The translations under genes were made by a program, and so were the position numbers. From Dehalococcoidia bacterium UBA1328 (GTDB taxonomy: Bacteria; Chloroflexota; Dehalococcoidia; Lucifugimonadales; Lucifugimonadaceae), in assembly GCA_002306815.1 (NCBI GenBank), contig DBTA01000037.1:92236-156235 (forward strand): a stretch of DNA of 64,000 nt. The letters are read 5' to 3'. This document shows positions 61,824 through 64,000 of the stretch, one piece after another (positions within the stretch are counted from its first letter, which is position 1; each line of letters begins with the position of its first letter). A model generated the notes under the pieces. It worked only from the letters and a program-made list of their open reading frames with translations. It did no database searches and was not told the DNA's origin.

Positions 61824-62765
61824 TTACGAGTTGCTGGCGTACGCGAGCACAGATTCAAAATCGCCAATGTTGGAGATGTTCGCACGGCGTTCGATTCGCT
61901 TCACCATGCCAGACAGGACCTTGCCGTGTCCGATCTCGTAGAAGGTGTCGATTCCGTCGTTCAGCATGAACTTCACAGTGTTGTTCCACTGTACACATGA
62001 AGTTAGCTGCATTCGGAGTTCTTCCTTCACCTCGTCAGCGGTGTTGAGCGACTTTGCAGTCACGTTACCAATTAGCGGAACGACAGGGTCGTGGAAGTTC
62101 AGGGAATCGATCATTGCATTCAGGCCTTCCTGAGCTGGGCTCATAAGACCTGAGTGGAAGGCACCACCAACCTGTAGTGGGATTGCCTTCTTGGCGCCTC
62201 TAGCGCTGGCAATATCGATTGCCATTGCGAGGCTGTGGTGGTCACCGGCGAGAATGATCTGCTGCTCGGTGTTGATGGTCGACATTTGTGCGCCGGACTC
62301 TCGACAGATTTCTTCTGCGGTTACTTCGTCGAGACCAATGATGGCGGCCATTCCGCCTGGTCGCTCGTCACAGGCACCCTGCATGAGTCGACCTCGTTCG
62401 AGAACGAGTTTTACAGCGTCGGTGATGCTAAGCACACCCGCAACTGCGAGAGCTGAGTACTCACCGAGTGAGTGACCAGCAGTTGCGTTTGGAACCTGGA
62501 GGATGCCAGTGGCTTCTTCCATTGCTCGCCATGCAGCAACTGAAGTTGCAAGAATTGCAGGCTGAGTGTTTTCCGTCTGACGTAGTTCGTCTTCCGGGCC
62601 TTCGAACATCATGGTCGAAAGCTTGCGACCCAGTGTGTCGTCAATTTCGTCGAACACCTCGCGTGCCGAGATGGAGTTCAGATAAAGGTCCTTACCCATA
62701 CCGACGGCCTGTGAGCCTTGGCCTGGGAACAAGAACGCAATCTTCGGATCTGTCTGGGTAGTCAT
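61824..62765 (-). CDS. fabD: Malonyl-CoA:ACP transacylase
   Basis: FPGQGSQ.VGMG, TQPAI, GHSLGEYSAL, RG.LMQ and GAFHS. Confidence 0.96.
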   Translation of the reverse strand: MTTQTDPKIAFLFPGQGSQAVGMGKDLYLNSISAREVFDEIDDTLGRKLSTMMFEGPEDELRQTENTQPAILATSVAAWRAMEEATGILQVPNATAGHSLGEYSALAVAGVLSITDAVKLVLERGRLMQGACDERPGGMAAIIGLDEVTAEEICRESGAQMSTINTEQQIILAGDHHSLAMAIDIASARGAKKAIPLQVGGAFHSGLMSPAQEGLNAMIDSLNFHDPVVPLIGNVTAKSLNTADEVKEELRMQLTSCVQWNNTVKFMLNDGIDTFYEIGHGKVLSGMVKRIERRANISNIGDFESVLAYASNS

Positions 62766-62799
62766 GTCGAAACGACTCTCCTGCCTGATAATTCAGTGT

Positions 62800-63054
62800 T
62801 TATAAGGACTCTGACTCTTCTGACTCTTTAGAGGCAGCTGCAACTGGGGTTACCTGCTCAAGTTGATTAACCCTGTCCCAATTTCCGGGCATAGTACGCC
62901 CCTTGTAGTTGCCACATTCAGGGCAGGTTATATGTGGTTGGGCAACTTCGCCGCATCCGCCGCAAATAGAAAGTGCTGGCAACTTCATAGCGTTATGAGC
63001 GTTTCGGTTTCCCTTGCGAGCTCGGGTATGTTTTTTCTTAGGAAGTGGTGGCAT
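62800..63054 (-). CDS. rpmF: 50S ribosomal protein L32 (Zn-binding form, C-terminal extension)
   Basis: LPKKK...AR...R and C..C.....PH..C..CG.YKGR. Confidence 0.93.
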   Translation of the reverse strand: MPPLPKKKHTRARKGNRNAHNAMKLPALSICGGCGEVAQPHITCPECGNYKGRTMPGNWDRVNQLEQVTPVAAASKESEESESL

Positions 63055-63082
63055 ATCTTTTATTCAGTGGGTCTCTGCCCAA

Positions 63083-63625
63083 TCAATCTGCGGATTCTGC
63101 GCCTTTTTCCATCAATTTCGCAAGACCCGCCCAGCGCAGATCAAACGAACTTTTGGCGCACGAGCACTGAATTATATTGCGATTTACGGTGCATGTGGGG
63201 CAAATTCCCAGGCAATCGTCTTTGCAAAGAGGTGCAATTGGGAGTGCACCCAGTATGGCTTGGCCTAATCCTTCTGTTAGATCGAGGAAGTTCTGTTCAT
63301 CGATAATAAGCGCCGAATCGTAGTAATCGTCGTCGGTTCTGTTGTTCGGGCCGTCTACCAGATCGGCGTTTAACGGAGTGAACTCCTCTTCCATGTTCAC
63401 AAATACGTTTACGGTTGCCGGTTCAAGGCACCTGCTGCACGAATCGTGAGTTTCGGCTTCTATTTCAGCGTTCACCAGAACAGTGCGATCGGTTCGCATG
63501 AGACGGACCTGACCGTTGATTTTTTTTATCGAATGTCCGCTAATTCGCAGGCTTTCATTTTCGATTTCGTGTTGCTGACTATCGCCGAGATTACCGGTGA
63601 GCAGGCCTGCAATGTTGTAGATCAT
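63083..63625 (-). CDS. yceD: YceD/DUF177 family protein
   Basis: CSRCL, LDL.E, P..PLC..DC.G.CP.C..N.N and D.RW..L. Directly upstream of rpmF. Confidence 0.92.
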   Translation of the reverse strand: MIYNIAGLLTGNLGDSQQHEIENESLRISGHSIKKINGQVRLMRTDRTVLVNAEIEAETHDSCSRCLEPATVNVFVNMEEEFTPLNADLVDGPNNRTDDDYYDSALIIDEQNFLDLTEGLGQAILGALPIAPLCKDDCLGICPTCTVNRNIIQCSCAKSSFDLRWAGLAKLMEKGAESAD

Positions 63626-63729
63626 TAGTCCAATTCCCGGCGATTCATTCGCCTACTCAGGGCCCGGAATCAAGTTCTGTGTTCAGTGTGCGTTTTGGCT
63701 TTCGAAGCTGATTTGCTGAGAAACCAGTT

Positions 63730-64000
63730 TTACTCAGTCCGCCTCGACGCACAGCATTCTACGTAAATCGGCTCCACATCGATCCCTTTTTCTTTCAGAT
63801 CGAATGCAGTTAACTCAATGTCGTCGACTTTGACCGACAGAATTACCGATCCGCTGGTTCGTATCTCTCCGCCGCCATGGATGGCAAGCTGACTGCTACC
63901 GGCATCAAGAGTTACCCAGTTTTCTTTCGCCAGGTCTTTGCTCGATTCCGTGAAGGTGACCGGAAATCCAAGTGCATCATTGTATCACCGTGCCAGTCGG
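63730..64000 (-). pseudogene. VOC/glyoxalase family protein fragment (partial, disrupted)
   Basis: Manual translation RLAR*YNDALGF..NWVTLDAG...LAIH..LSVKVDDIE....DLKEKGI. There is a TGA at 63985-63987 where F/W is expected, and the frame ends without the usual C-terminal DPDGN strand. Confidence 0.65.

Noticed and set aside
63985-63987. TGA in the VOC gene, and TGA at 2273, as selenocysteine
   Set aside because: Neither aligns to a Cys position (63985 matches a Trp/Phe site), and both genes carry other lesions.

Overview
This is a ~52% GC bacterial chromosomal segment (GC estimated by eye). It is most consistent with an aerobic Chloroflexota of the Dehalococcoidia/SAR202 type, inferred from the gene repertoire: sortase, an M6-like lipoprotein, fused AccDA, heme A synthesis, and repeated enolase-superfamily and MFS paralogs. 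Most of the window is housekeeping: polA (partial), coaD, rsmD, lysS, serS, pth, ligA, tyrS, ribF, DAHP synthase, aroH, trpA, ftsH, infC-rpmI-rplT, ctaB/ctaA, tsaD, accDA, ftsK, rnj, UDG, acpP, nusB, fabD, rpmF and yceD. Accessory parts are a PadR-arsM arsenic module and a ~17 kb acid-sugar/organic-acid catabolic block. The most notable signals are missed or split by the ORF track. (1) A UxxC selenocysteine peroxiredoxin-like lipoprotein has a SECIS-like hairpin and sits next to a Cys-less paralog. (2) A 52-codon Phe/Tyr-rich leader peptide with mutually exclusive RNA hairpins lies between aroH and the DAHP synthase gene and is a candidate attenuator. (3) There is a 6S-like structured RNA. (4) infC appears to start at ATA. 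(5) In-frame nonsense lesions cluster in accessory genes only, suggesting ongoing pseudogenization. (6) Several degenerate REP-like palindromes are present. No CRISPR array, tRNA, rRNA, transposase or prophage was seen.
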